From an uncultured Acidobacteriaceae bacterium (GTDB lineage Bacteria > Acidobacteriota > Terriglobia > Terriglobales > Acidobacteriaceae), in the NCBI GenBank assembly GCA_963791735.1, contig CAWBTR010000009.1, positions 51,765 through 115,764 of the forward strand: DNA of 64,000 bases, given 5' to 3'. Under the pieces are notes generated by a model that had not been told where the DNA came from, did not search any database, and saw nothing but the letters and a program-made list of their open reading frames with translations. Below, piece by piece: positions 56,414 through 64,000 of the stretch (position 1 is its first letter; every line of letters begins with the position of its first letter). Made by a program: the position numbers and the translations under genes.

Positions 56414-59161
56414 TCAGTGATGATGCCGTCCACGTTGTAGTAGGTGGACAGAGGAACCAACGTGGTGCTGGTAACGGTTGCGTCCAGTTGTACATTGCTG
56501 AGCGGAGTGCCAAAGGCGATCGATGCCGGAGTAGGCCAAGTGATGATCGGCGTCAGCCTGATTGACGACCAGGGTCACGCTCGCCGTGGCAATGGTGTAG
56601 TCGGTCGAGTCGGTTGGAGTGAAGGTTGCGGTGATGGTGTAGGTGCCGGTCGCAAGCAACGTCGATGCGGACGGGTTGTATGCAAAAGTTCCTGCTACGG
56701 TTGCCGTCGCGTTCAACTGTGTGCTCGACAACAAGGTCCCATAAGTAATGGGACTCGGATTGGCCCAGGTGATAACGGGCGTTGCCTTGCCAACAGTAAT
56801 CCCAAATGCGGGTGAGGCCGGGCTGGGTGAGAAGTTGGTATCTCCGCCGTAGCTGGCGGTAATGCTGTGATTGCCTGTCGCGAGACTCGTGGTGTTGAAT
56901 GTCGCTATTCCGCCCGAGACAGGGGCTGTCCCAATCGATGTGCCAAAGTCAAAAAATGTGACGGTGCCCGTTGGCGTCAGGGCACCTACCTGCAGAGGAG
57001 AAGTCTGCAGCGTTGCAGTCAGAACCACTTGTTGCCCAAAGGCGGGGGTAGTGGTGTTCGCGCTCAGGAGCGTAGTCGTTGATACCATCGTCGATTGCAG
57101 CGCCACCGTATTGGAGGTGCTACCGCTAAAGTGCGCGTCTGCTGCGTAGATCGCGTCGATATTATGAAGATTGGGGGCCGTGGCGAGGCCATTGCCCGGA
57201 ATGTCAACGCCTGTAATTAATACGCTCGCCGAATCCGTCACCTGGTTCAGCAATATGCCAACGTTATTCGTGTTGCTGTTTGCTACCGCCAGGTCGGCGC
57301 TGCCGTCCCCGTTAAAGTCCGCCGCGGTTATCGCAACAGGAGTTGTTGTTCCGGTTCCGGTAGTGAACGGGGAACTGGTAGCTGCTGTGAACACCGTGCC
57401 GCTACCGTTACCCAACATGACGGTAGTCGTGTTGTCTGACTGGTTTGTGACAGCAAAGTCCACTTTTCCGTCTGCATTGAAGTCTCCTGAAACAATTGAC
57501 ACAGGCTTCGACCCAGTGGCGGGAGCGCCTGTCAGCAACGTGAAGGTGCCGTTGCCGTTTCCTTTGAAGATATCTACCCTGTTTTTACCGTTCTCCGCGA
57601 CCGCAAGATCAAGGATGCCGTCTCCGTTGAAGTCCGCAACTGCGATAGCAGCGGGACTTGTTCCAGCCCCCGTAGCGAAGGGAGAACCGGTAGCAGCTGT
57701 GAACACTGTGCCGGTGCCGTTGCCCAGCATGACGCTAATCGTGTTGTCATTCTGGTTGGAGACAGCGAAGTCCAGGTTGCTGCCTCCATTGAAGTTTCCT
57801 GTCACAATAGAAGTTGGACCATTGCCGACGGCAATTCCAGTCGGCGTAACATTTGAGAAACCGCCATTCCCATCTCCCTGCAGGATCTCCACCAGGCCTG
57901 CGCCGCCATTAGTATGAGTACCCAACACAGCGAGGTCGGGGATGCCATCCCCGTTAAAGTCCCCTATGGCAATTCCCGTGGAAGTCTTGCTGAGCAATGC
58001 AACAGAATAGGTCGTTTGGGTGTTGAAGGTGCCGTTTCCGTTTCCAAGCAAGATGGAAACCGTCTTGTCGCTGCTGTTTACCACAGCCAGATCAAGGTTA
58101 CCGTTGCCCTTAAAATCTCCTGCCACGATAGCAACCGGATTGTTGCCCGTTGGATACGTCGTCGCTGAGGGTGTAAATCCACCCGAACCATTCCCAATCA
58201 GAATGCTTACAGTCTGGTCGGTGTTGTTCAGTACAGCAAGATCAATAATGCCGTCGCCGTTAAAATCTCCAGCAACAATATCCTGTGGATTATTGCCTAC
58301 CGCAATCGGCGAACCGCCGCCCGCTACCGTCTGTTGTCCAAAAGCTCCAGCGCCCAGTGTTCCTGCCAATCCCACCTGTACGTTGGCGTTCGAGATGTCC
58401 TGGAGAGACACACTTCCAGTGGGCGAGAGATTGAGGCTGCCGATTCCCACGATGGTCGCGGTCAGTTGCCAGCTGCCCGCTACGCCCCCTGTTTGAGCAA
58501 GGCTGCCCGTCGTTGGATATAGGCCTGTAGTGGTTACCCCTTGTGCCGCCGAGAAACTGGTTAGAAAATTATTTGGCGGGTTGAAGGTTGCCACGATGGA
58601 GTGCGTGCCGATTCCACCAAGTTGCCGCATTAGAACTGCGTTGCCCGCTGTGCCGTGCGCCGACTGAACCTGGACTGTGCCGAGCACCGATGTGACGCTG
58701 CCGAAAGTATCTCGGAATGTGACAGTGCCGGCTGTCAGCGCCGATGTCCCTTTTACCGTCGCCGTCATAACGAATACGGATCCGTTGGCCATGCTCGGGG
58801 GATTCAACGGATTCACCGTAAGCGTAGTAGTCGTGGCCGTCTGCGCTCCCGCCACGGCATAGGACATCCCAATAAACAGCGTTACGCACAGAGCGGTGAC
58901 AGGACTTCTCCAAACGGAAGTTCTTCCACAACTCTTCGCACCATTAGAAACTTGCAATCTCTTATCGGCATCGCCGGAAACTTGTGGCAATCCAATTGCT
59001 CCAGGAGGTAATACCGTTTGGAGGCGGGACTGCGACAGCACATATTTCGCGGCGACCAGAGAGAACCAACGTGAGCCCCACGTGGATTTAGCGGATGAGA
59101 CTGACCGGCAGGAGCGAAGTGGGGACGCGGCACTCCGCGAAGACTTCATCATTACAGGCAT
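56414..59161 (-). CDS. Giant adhesin-like repeat protein, N-terminal segment (signal-like helix, Ig-like domains, 7-blade FG-GAP propeller)
   Basis: The hydrophobic PVTALCVTLFIGMSYAVAGAQ is at aa 87-107 of the listed ORF, so the true start may be downstream of 59161 (e.g. TTG 58957). Seven GDFNGDGxxDLAV-type blades lie at 57242-58324. Ig-like units flank them (TGTVTFRDTFGSV..., TGTVTFFDFGTSIGTAPVSGGIATF...). Confidence 0.8.
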   Translation of the reverse strand: MPVMMKSSRSAASPLRSCRSVSSAKSTWGSRWFSLVAAKYVLSQSRLQTVLPPGAIGLPQVSGDADKRLQVSNGAKSCGRTSVWRSPVTALCVTLFIGMSYAVAGAQTATTTTLTVNPLNPPSMANGSVFVMTATVKGTSALTAGTVTFRDTFGSVTSVLGTVQVQSAHGTAGNAVLMRQLGGIGTHSIVATFNPPNNFLTSFSAAQGVTTTGLYPTTGSLAQTGGVAGSWQLTATIVGIGSLNLSPTGSVSLQDISNANVQVGLAGTLGAGAFGQQTVAGGGSPIAVGNNPQDIVAGDFNGDGIIDLAVLNNTDQTVSILIGNGSGGFTPSATTYPTGNNPVAIVAGDFKGNGNLDLAVVNSSDKTVSILLGNGNGTFNTQTTYSVALLSKTSTGIAIGDFNGDGIPDLAVLGTHTNGGAGLVEILQGDGNGGFSNVTPTGIAVGNGPTSIVTGNFNGGSNLDFAVSNQNDNTISVMLGNGTGTVFTAATGSPFATGAGTSPAAIAVADFNGDGILDLAVAENGKNRVDIFKGNGNGTFTLLTGAPATGSKPVSIVSGDFNADGKVDFAVTNQSDNTTTVMLGNGSGTVFTAATSSPFTTGTGTTTPVAITAADFNGDGSADLAVANSNTNNVGILLNQVTDSASVLITGVDIPGNGLATAPNLHNIDAIYAADAHFSGSTSNTVALQSTMVSTTTLLSANTTTPAFGQQVVLTATLQTSPLQVGALTPTGTVTFFDFGTSIGTAPVSGGIATFNTTSLATGNHSITASYGGDTNFSPSPASPAFGITVGKATPVITWANPSPITYGTLLSSTQLNATATVAGTFAYNPSASTLLATGTYTITATFTPTDSTDYTIATASVTLVVNQADADHHLAYSGIDRLWHSAQQCTTGRNRYQHHVGSSVHLLQRGRHHH

Positions 59162-59849
59162 TTCTGAACCTTTCGAACTAATGCAGCGAATTAGTAACTC
59201 GTCTTGCGGAAATTGACCTTCATGTCGTGCAGGACGGCGAGGAATTCTCTACAAGGGCCTCTGGGTTTGCATCACCGAGTGAGCAACGGCTTTTTTTGAC
59301 TAACAAGCTCTCGTTCAACCTGTTACAGGATCGATTAGCTTGTGCGTCCCAGCCATCACTCGAAGGTGTGATAGTGACGAACCTTGTGGTCAATTTTCGC
59401 GAGAAACCCAAACAAATTTGAGTTGGCGGGGTGCCCACGGCATGGGTTCGCAAACAACCGGCATGGCAGCTCGCTGTCGCCTGCTCTCCTCTGATTCAGC
59501 CTTCTTTGCCTTGTTTCGGAAGAATTATGAAATTGACACACTATTGCTTTTTCAGTGGCAGCCGCACATTAATTCTCCGTATCAACTGCGCGCCTTCTCC
59601 GTGAACGCCGACCACGCCTGCAACTTTTGTGGCACGACTCAACATGCCAACAGCACGGGATATGTACCACAGTTGCCACGAGTCGACCGGGGGCGCGCCT
59701 CACCTACAACTCGTGACGCAGCACTTCCGATCGCTTCCCTTGATGATTGCGAAATTCTTGTGCGGATGCGGAAGATCTCCAGCTTTCGGTTCTCGGCCGA
59801 TACTTGGCCGACACAAGTTGCCAGATTCGCCGAGCCGGATACTCTGTCG
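59162..59849 (-). promoter_or_regulatory. Long (~690 bp) lower-GC non-coding region upstream of the giant gene
   Basis: No convincing ORF here (59340..60020 overlaps the oxygenase 3' end and has odd composition). Contains three copies of AAATTGAC: 59210-59217 and 59530-59537 on the + strand, and 59390-59397 inverted. No promoter elements could be assigned with confidence. Confidence 0.35.
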
Positions 59850-62174
59850 CTAAAGATCGAGAATCACGTCAGCACGTTCCCCATTTTGATCGCCCTGCGC
59901 CTTTCGAGGCACGGAGCAGCAGATCAGGATCTCCCCTTCGCCTCGATCGGCCAGCGGTTCGTCCAGATAGTCCACTGCGCCGCGAAGAATCCGCGTCTTG
60001 CACGTCCCGCAGATGCCTGATCGGCAGCCGAACGCGGGAGCGAGACCAGCCTCTTCTGCAAGCTCGAGCAGAGTGCCATCCTCACGGGACCACCCCGTTT
60101 CGGTCCCTGACCGCGAAAATTTCACGTGGACTGCACTCGCACTCCGGTCCTCGGACGGTCTTCCAGGCAACTCCGGTTTCAGCACTGTCCCTGGACCGAA
60201 GGATTCGTAGTGAATTCGCTCGGGACGAACGCCAGTCCTCGTCAGTCCGGAATATAGCGAATTCATAAAATCAGACGGGCCGCACAAGTAGAAATCGTAG
60301 TCGCCAGGAGGTAGAAGCGCAGTTAAAAGGCCCATCTCGACGCGGCCCTTGCTGTCATACGTAACGCCGATTTCGTCGTCGGGCAATGGACCGCTGAAGC
60401 AGACGTGCACGCTTAGCGCTGGGTGCTCAGCCGTGAGTTCCTTGACACGCTTGCCAAATGCCCGGACCCGGCTGTTTTGCGCGCCGTGAATAAAGTGGAT
60501 CGGACGGAACTTCCCGGTGCGGCGTCCCTCCTCGACGATGTGCTCGACGATGGCCATCATGGGAGTGATCCCAACTCCTCCCGAAACAAGCACAACAGGC
60601 CGGTTGCTCCTCTGGTCAAGAACGAACTTGCCGCGCGGCATCAATGCGTGAAGACGAAAGCCTGCCTTCGCATTCGCGTGCATGAACTGAGAGACAAGCG
60701 CCGCTCCCTCACCACGCCTGATCGACAGCCTGTAGAAGTCCGGGTTGTAACAGGTTGAGATGGTATAAGTCCGCAGAGCGGGCTCGGTGCGGCCAGGGAT
60801 CGTCACCCGGATAGGCAGGAACTGACCTGGTTCCCAGCGATATAACGGTTCACCGTCGACGCGGCGGAGATAAAACGAGCTGATGATCTCGCTCTCCTTT
60901 TCAACCTTGGCAACCTCCAGTTCCACATACGAGTTGCGCTCACTTTCCGAGGTGACGGAGGCGGTTGGAACTGCGCTGATCGTAGTCGAAACCGGAAGCG
61001 AGCCGGCCGCCGGCAATACTTCCAGCACCCCTGAGTTCTCAGACACAGCCCGGACGATGAGCTTTTGGAAATGGATGCAGAGGTGCTCACTGTTGATGAG
61101 GAACCTGCCCCGATCGGGAATGCCACCCAGGAGTCCGTGCTGCACAGAATTGGTGAGAACGTCGTCTTCGTATCCCACTTGTTTGTTGAAGGCGATCAGA
61201 TCATGAGCGAACTGTTCCGACACGCCTGGTCCAAAATATTGCTCTGAGAATCCCTTCGCCTTGTTGGGTCCGTCCGGAACCCACACATCAATCGAAAGGT
61301 TTGGAAACCCGGGATTAATGTTAATCGTGACATTTGGCCACAACAGGTGATATTGAGCCTGCGCAATCTCACCGCGCGCGTCATAAATTTCGACGGCGGC
61401 TTTGCCTTCGAGTGCCGATTCGCGCACCTGGCCCAGTTGACTGGCGAACCAGCCATGCGCGGTGAGGTTGTAGTTCTCCTGTTTAACATCGATTGCAGCG
61501 CTGAAACCCGGATGTGCCACGGCGCAGTGGTAACACTCGAGATAGTTCTCAAGCATCGTCTTCCAGTTCGCTTCGGAGGTCCAGGCTTCCCGGCTGTATA
61601 GCTCGAGGCTTTCCAGGTGGATGCCACTTCCGGCGATGATCTTGAGCAGATCGCCGAAATACGAAGCCAGAGACTTTGCCCCGGAATCAAGATTGACGAA
61701 GATGAACGGACCCAGGGCCTCCACTCGAATCGGCAGGAGCGGATAGTCTTCCAGCCGGAAGTGGGGCTCAGCCGCCGAGCGCGGCGCTCCCTTCAGACAA
61801 CCGGTGAGATCGTAGGTCCACGCGTGATATCCGCATTGCATTATCTTCGCGCTTCCGCGGCCCTTCATCACTTCATGCCTCCGATGACGGCACACGTTGA
61901 CGAAGCCCGCCAACCCTGCTTCGTTGCGAATCACGACGATGGGTACTTCGCCCGCATAGCTGGTAATGTAGTCTCCACGATTCGCCAGCTCGTTTGCCGG
62001 GCCTATGTAATTCCAGCTTCTTCTGAATATCTTTTCGATCTCACGCGCCGTAATGGCGGGGTCCGTGTACCAGTGGGCGGGAAGCGATTCGCCGCGATCA
62101 AGCGCTGCAAGCAAACTATCGGGAGTCTCGATGACTCGGCTCGGAATCAACTGAATCATAGGATTTACCTCCAT
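59850..62174 (-). CDS. Single-chain Rieske non-heme iron oxygenase fused to FNR-type reductase and plant-type [2Fe-2S] ferredoxin
   Basis: Rieske motif CRHRRHEV...CGYHAWTY. Mononuclear iron motif ENYLECYHCAVAHP. FNR-like RTYTIS (flavin binding) and VLVSGGVGITPMMAI (NAD binding). C-terminal CRSGICGTCKTRI...ILICCS ferredoxin. Confidence 0.85.
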   Translation of the reverse strand: MEVNPMIQLIPSRVIETPDSLLAALDRGESLPAHWYTDPAITAREIEKIFRRSWNYIGPANELANRGDYITSYAGEVPIVVIRNEAGLAGFVNVCRHRRHEVMKGRGSAKIMQCGYHAWTYDLTGCLKGAPRSAAEPHFRLEDYPLLPIRVEALGPFIFVNLDSGAKSLASYFGDLLKIIAGSGIHLESLELYSREAWTSEANWKTMLENYLECYHCAVAHPGFSAAIDVKQENYNLTAHGWFASQLGQVRESALEGKAAVEIYDARGEIAQAQYHLLWPNVTININPGFPNLSIDVWVPDGPNKAKGFSEQYFGPGVSEQFAHDLIAFNKQVGYEDDVLTNSVQHGLLGGIPDRGRFLINSEHLCIHFQKLIVRAVSENSGVLEVLPAAGSLPVSTTISAVPTASVTSESERNSYVELEVAKVEKESEIISSFYLRRVDGEPLYRWEPGQFLPIRVTIPGRTEPALRTYTISTCYNPDFYRLSIRRGEGAALVSQFMHANAKAGFRLHALMPRGKFVLDQRSNRPVVLVSGGVGITPMMAIVEHIVEEGRRTGKFRPIHFIHGAQNSRVRAFGKRVKELTAEHPALSVHVCFSGPLPDDEIGVTYDSKGRVEMGLLTALLPPGDYDFYLCGPSDFMNSLYSGLTRTGVRPERIHYESFGPGTVLKPELPGRPSEDRSASAVHVKFSRSGTETGWSREDGTLLELAEEAGLAPAFGCRSGICGTCKTRILRGAVDYLDEPLADRGEGEILICCSVPRKAQGDQNGERADVILDL

Positions 62175-62229
62175 GACCTACTCTCCTTTCAAGAACTCCA
62201 TTCGCCAAGCGCGCACTGTGCCTCTGCCG

Positions 62230-63519
62230 TTATCCATCAGATGCCGCGGCTACCGCCTCTCGCGGCGGACCTGTCTTCACGAGAAAGGGGACAGACAGCA
62301 GCAGAATTGCGCTGGCGCATAGCAAAACACCCCAGAAATTGAGTAATCGGGCAGCGGCAGAAGCGAGCGCTGCAGTGCCCAACATTCCAATGGAATAGAA
62401 AATGTTGTACACCGCGTAGACCGCCGAATAGCAGGATGTCCCGGATCGATCGACAACGTTGCCCAGTTCCGCCGACGCCGGGTTCAACATGAATGCATAA
62501 GAGATATTGATCAGAGATAACGTGATGCCGATCAGGACCACTCCCCTGAACACCGCCAGAAGAGGAAGTGTGGCCGCCATCGCGATCGTCCCCAGCACAA
62601 TTACTCTTTGGAGAGGAATCCGCTCCGACACACGCCCCACAAGAGGTGCGCTTAAGCCATACACCGAGGTCGAGACAGTAAAGATGATTCCGATCGCCAT
62701 CGTTGTTGCGCCATATCGCGCCAGTCGTACGGGCAAGAGCGGTTCGATAATTCCCACAGAAAACGCAGCAAGAGCAATCGTCACAGCAGGGACTATCAGC
62801 AATTTATTGAACACCAAAGCACGAAAGTCGACCGACTTGCTGCGGTGAATGCCACCTCCTGGAACAAGAAGAGCAATCAGGGCTGCCGCGACTGCAAACG
62901 CGACCCCAGTGAGGAGAAAGGGCAGCCTATAGCCGCCAGCGCGATAGAGTAGTCCGCCCGCGATCGGTCCGATCACTGAACCGAAGGTGCCGCCAGTGAA
63001 TGCATAACCCAGCATCTCCACCCGCTTTTCGACAAAATTCGTCGCGATCAGCGCAAGACCCGAAGTCCAAAGCGCGGCCGAAGCAGCGCCCTGGCAGAAC
63101 TTGCCGAGCAGCAACAGCGAGAGATTCGGTGCCGCACCCAAAAGCCATACGGAACAGACGGCCAATCCCGCGCCACACAACATAGTCGATCGGCCGCCGA
63201 TGCGATCACCCAGGTACCCGAACACCGGAGTGACCAGCAGAACGCTGATCGCATATACCCCGTAGAGCAACGTAACTTGCCCTTCGCCTTTCAGACCTGC
63301 GCGAGAGTGTGCCACCAAAGGGAAAAGAAGGCCGTAAAGGAAATAGTCCAGGAACAGAGAAAATGCGATGACGACTACCATAGCTCGAGAATGACTGCGC
63401 AGAGCATCCGTTGCACGGCCTTGAAGTATTTGAGCCACGACGCCATCACTAGAAGAAATTACGCCAGAATCTTTTGCGTCAGCCCGACCTTGTTGGAGAT
63501 CGTGCAGGGCAGAGCGCAC
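62230..63519 (-). CDS. MFS transporter
   Basis: About 12 hydrophobic segments. GYLGDRIGGRSTM is the MFS loop 2-3 motif (G-x-L-x-D-R-x-G-R). It lies 55 nt upstream of the oxygenase gene on the same strand. The start is uncertain (63519 or an internal start before MVVVIAF at 63381). Confidence 0.8.
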   Translation of the reverse strand: MRSALHDLQQGRADAKDSGVISSSDGVVAQILQGRATDALRSHSRAMVVVIAFSLFLDYFLYGLLFPLVAHSRAGLKGEGQVTLLYGVYAISVLLVTPVFGYLGDRIGGRSTMLCGAGLAVCSVWLLGAAPNLSLLLLGKFCQGAASAALWTSGLALIATNFVEKRVEMLGYAFTGGTFGSVIGPIAGGLLYRAGGYRLPFLLTGVAFAVAAALIALLVPGGGIHRSKSVDFRALVFNKLLIVPAVTIALAAFSVGIIEPLLPVRLARYGATTMAIGIIFTVSTSVYGLSAPLVGRVSERIPLQRVIVLGTIAMAATLPLLAVFRGVVLIGITLSLINISYAFMLNPASAELGNVVDRSGTSCYSAVYAVYNIFYSIGMLGTAALASAAARLLNFWGVLLCASAILLLSVPFLVKTGPPREAVAAASDG

Positions 63520-64000
63520 ATGTCACCAGGGGATCTTTACCCTGGAAATCTAAGGGCCCTATGCCAGATTCCTTAGGAACCAATTCCGAACAGTCACGGC
63601 AATTCCGGGTCTCTCTCACCGCCCGCATACAGCGCAATCTATGCTTTCGAAGCGTCCTATGAAATAGGTGCAAAAAGACTCCGACTCTCGGAAGAGCAGC
63701 AGTTTAATCCTTTCCACCATAAACCGCCAAGCCCTTGATCCGCATAGTAGCTGTCATCGCGAAGCGCACGCAGAGAGTCGCGAGTTATCATTTTTCTGAA
63801 AAATTCGCTCTCCTCTCTCTCCGCCACACTTGGCCGCCTCGATCGGGCGACATGGGGGCTGATACATTTACAATCATGGAGCTGGCAGGACAATTCCAGC
63901 ATGACAGTAAGCCATAACGTACATCCAACGACGATTCTGTGGAACTTACGTTTGACCGGCTCGAGACGCTGCATCGCAAGGCCTAGACCGGGCAAGTGGA

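Noticed and set aside
59630-59647. TGGCAC at 59630-59635, considered as the -24 element of a sigma-54 promoter
   Set aside because: The required TTGC at the -12 position is absent (the sequence is TGGCACGACTCAACATGC). The element also points on the + strand into the 3' end of a convergent gene.
59340-60020. 226-aa + strand ORF in the leader upstream of the giant gene
   Set aside because: It overlaps the 3' end of the well-supported oxygenase gene in antisense, has no SD, and has a heterogeneous Cys/Arg-rich composition. I treat the region as non-coding leader.
63657-63995. 112-aa minus-strand ORF at the right edge (and small ORFs 63735..63917, 63788..63979)
   Set aside because: The composition is Trp/Cys/Arg-rich with no recognisable domain, and several overlapping short ORFs occupy different frames. 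The region is more likely the promoter/leader of the MFS-oxygenase operon. Left unannotated.

Overview
This is a 64-kb chromosomal segment with moderately high GC. Gene content suggests Acidobacteriota (Terriglobia-like), but that is an inference, not a search result. All family names are motif recognition by eye; no HMM or BLAST search was possible.

Layout:
- 1-8.6 kb: housekeeping and miscellaneous genes. These are a partial secreted glycosidase-like gene, a GYF_2/DUF2752 pair, bactofilin, a SulP transporter, a CBS protein, an FmdE-like protein, a CHAD protein and two tiny unlisted ORFs.
- 8.7-33.7 kb: a surface-polysaccharide locus. It holds a PAP2-Wzi fusion, a GT9 / B12-radical-SAM / GT2 operon, a split beta-helix protein, methyltransferases, a Wzy-like protein, GT2s, an SDR epimerase, acetyltransferases, a Wzx flippase, a Wzz-like protein and a large Wza/SLBB exporter. 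Its core looks lower in GC and contains a decayed duplicate (an epimerase fragment plus a flippase pseudogene).
- 33.9-36.0 kb: gatA, gatC and a DUF721 gene.
- 36.2-41.9 kb: the priming sugar transferase, rfbC, and an overlapping rfbB-rfbA-rfbD-gmhB-like operon.
- 42.1-59.2 kb: a small beta-barrel OMP, then one adhesin-like coding unit of about 16.4 kb (about 5,470 codons). It is built from Ig-like domains, a 7-blade FG-GAP propeller and dozens of MBG-type repeats. It includes seven near-identical 489-bp tandem units, and it is split into more than 10 ORFs by about 12 frame changes.
- 59.9-63.5 kb: an MFS transporter and a single-chain Rieske oxygenase / FNR / ferredoxin fusion.

No tRNA, rRNA, CRISPR array, transposase or integrase was recognised.

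The most interesting object is the giant repeat protein and its repeat dynamics. A recurring caveat is that several genes carry single-nucleotide frame disruptions. These could be real decay or phase variation, or they could be assembly error.
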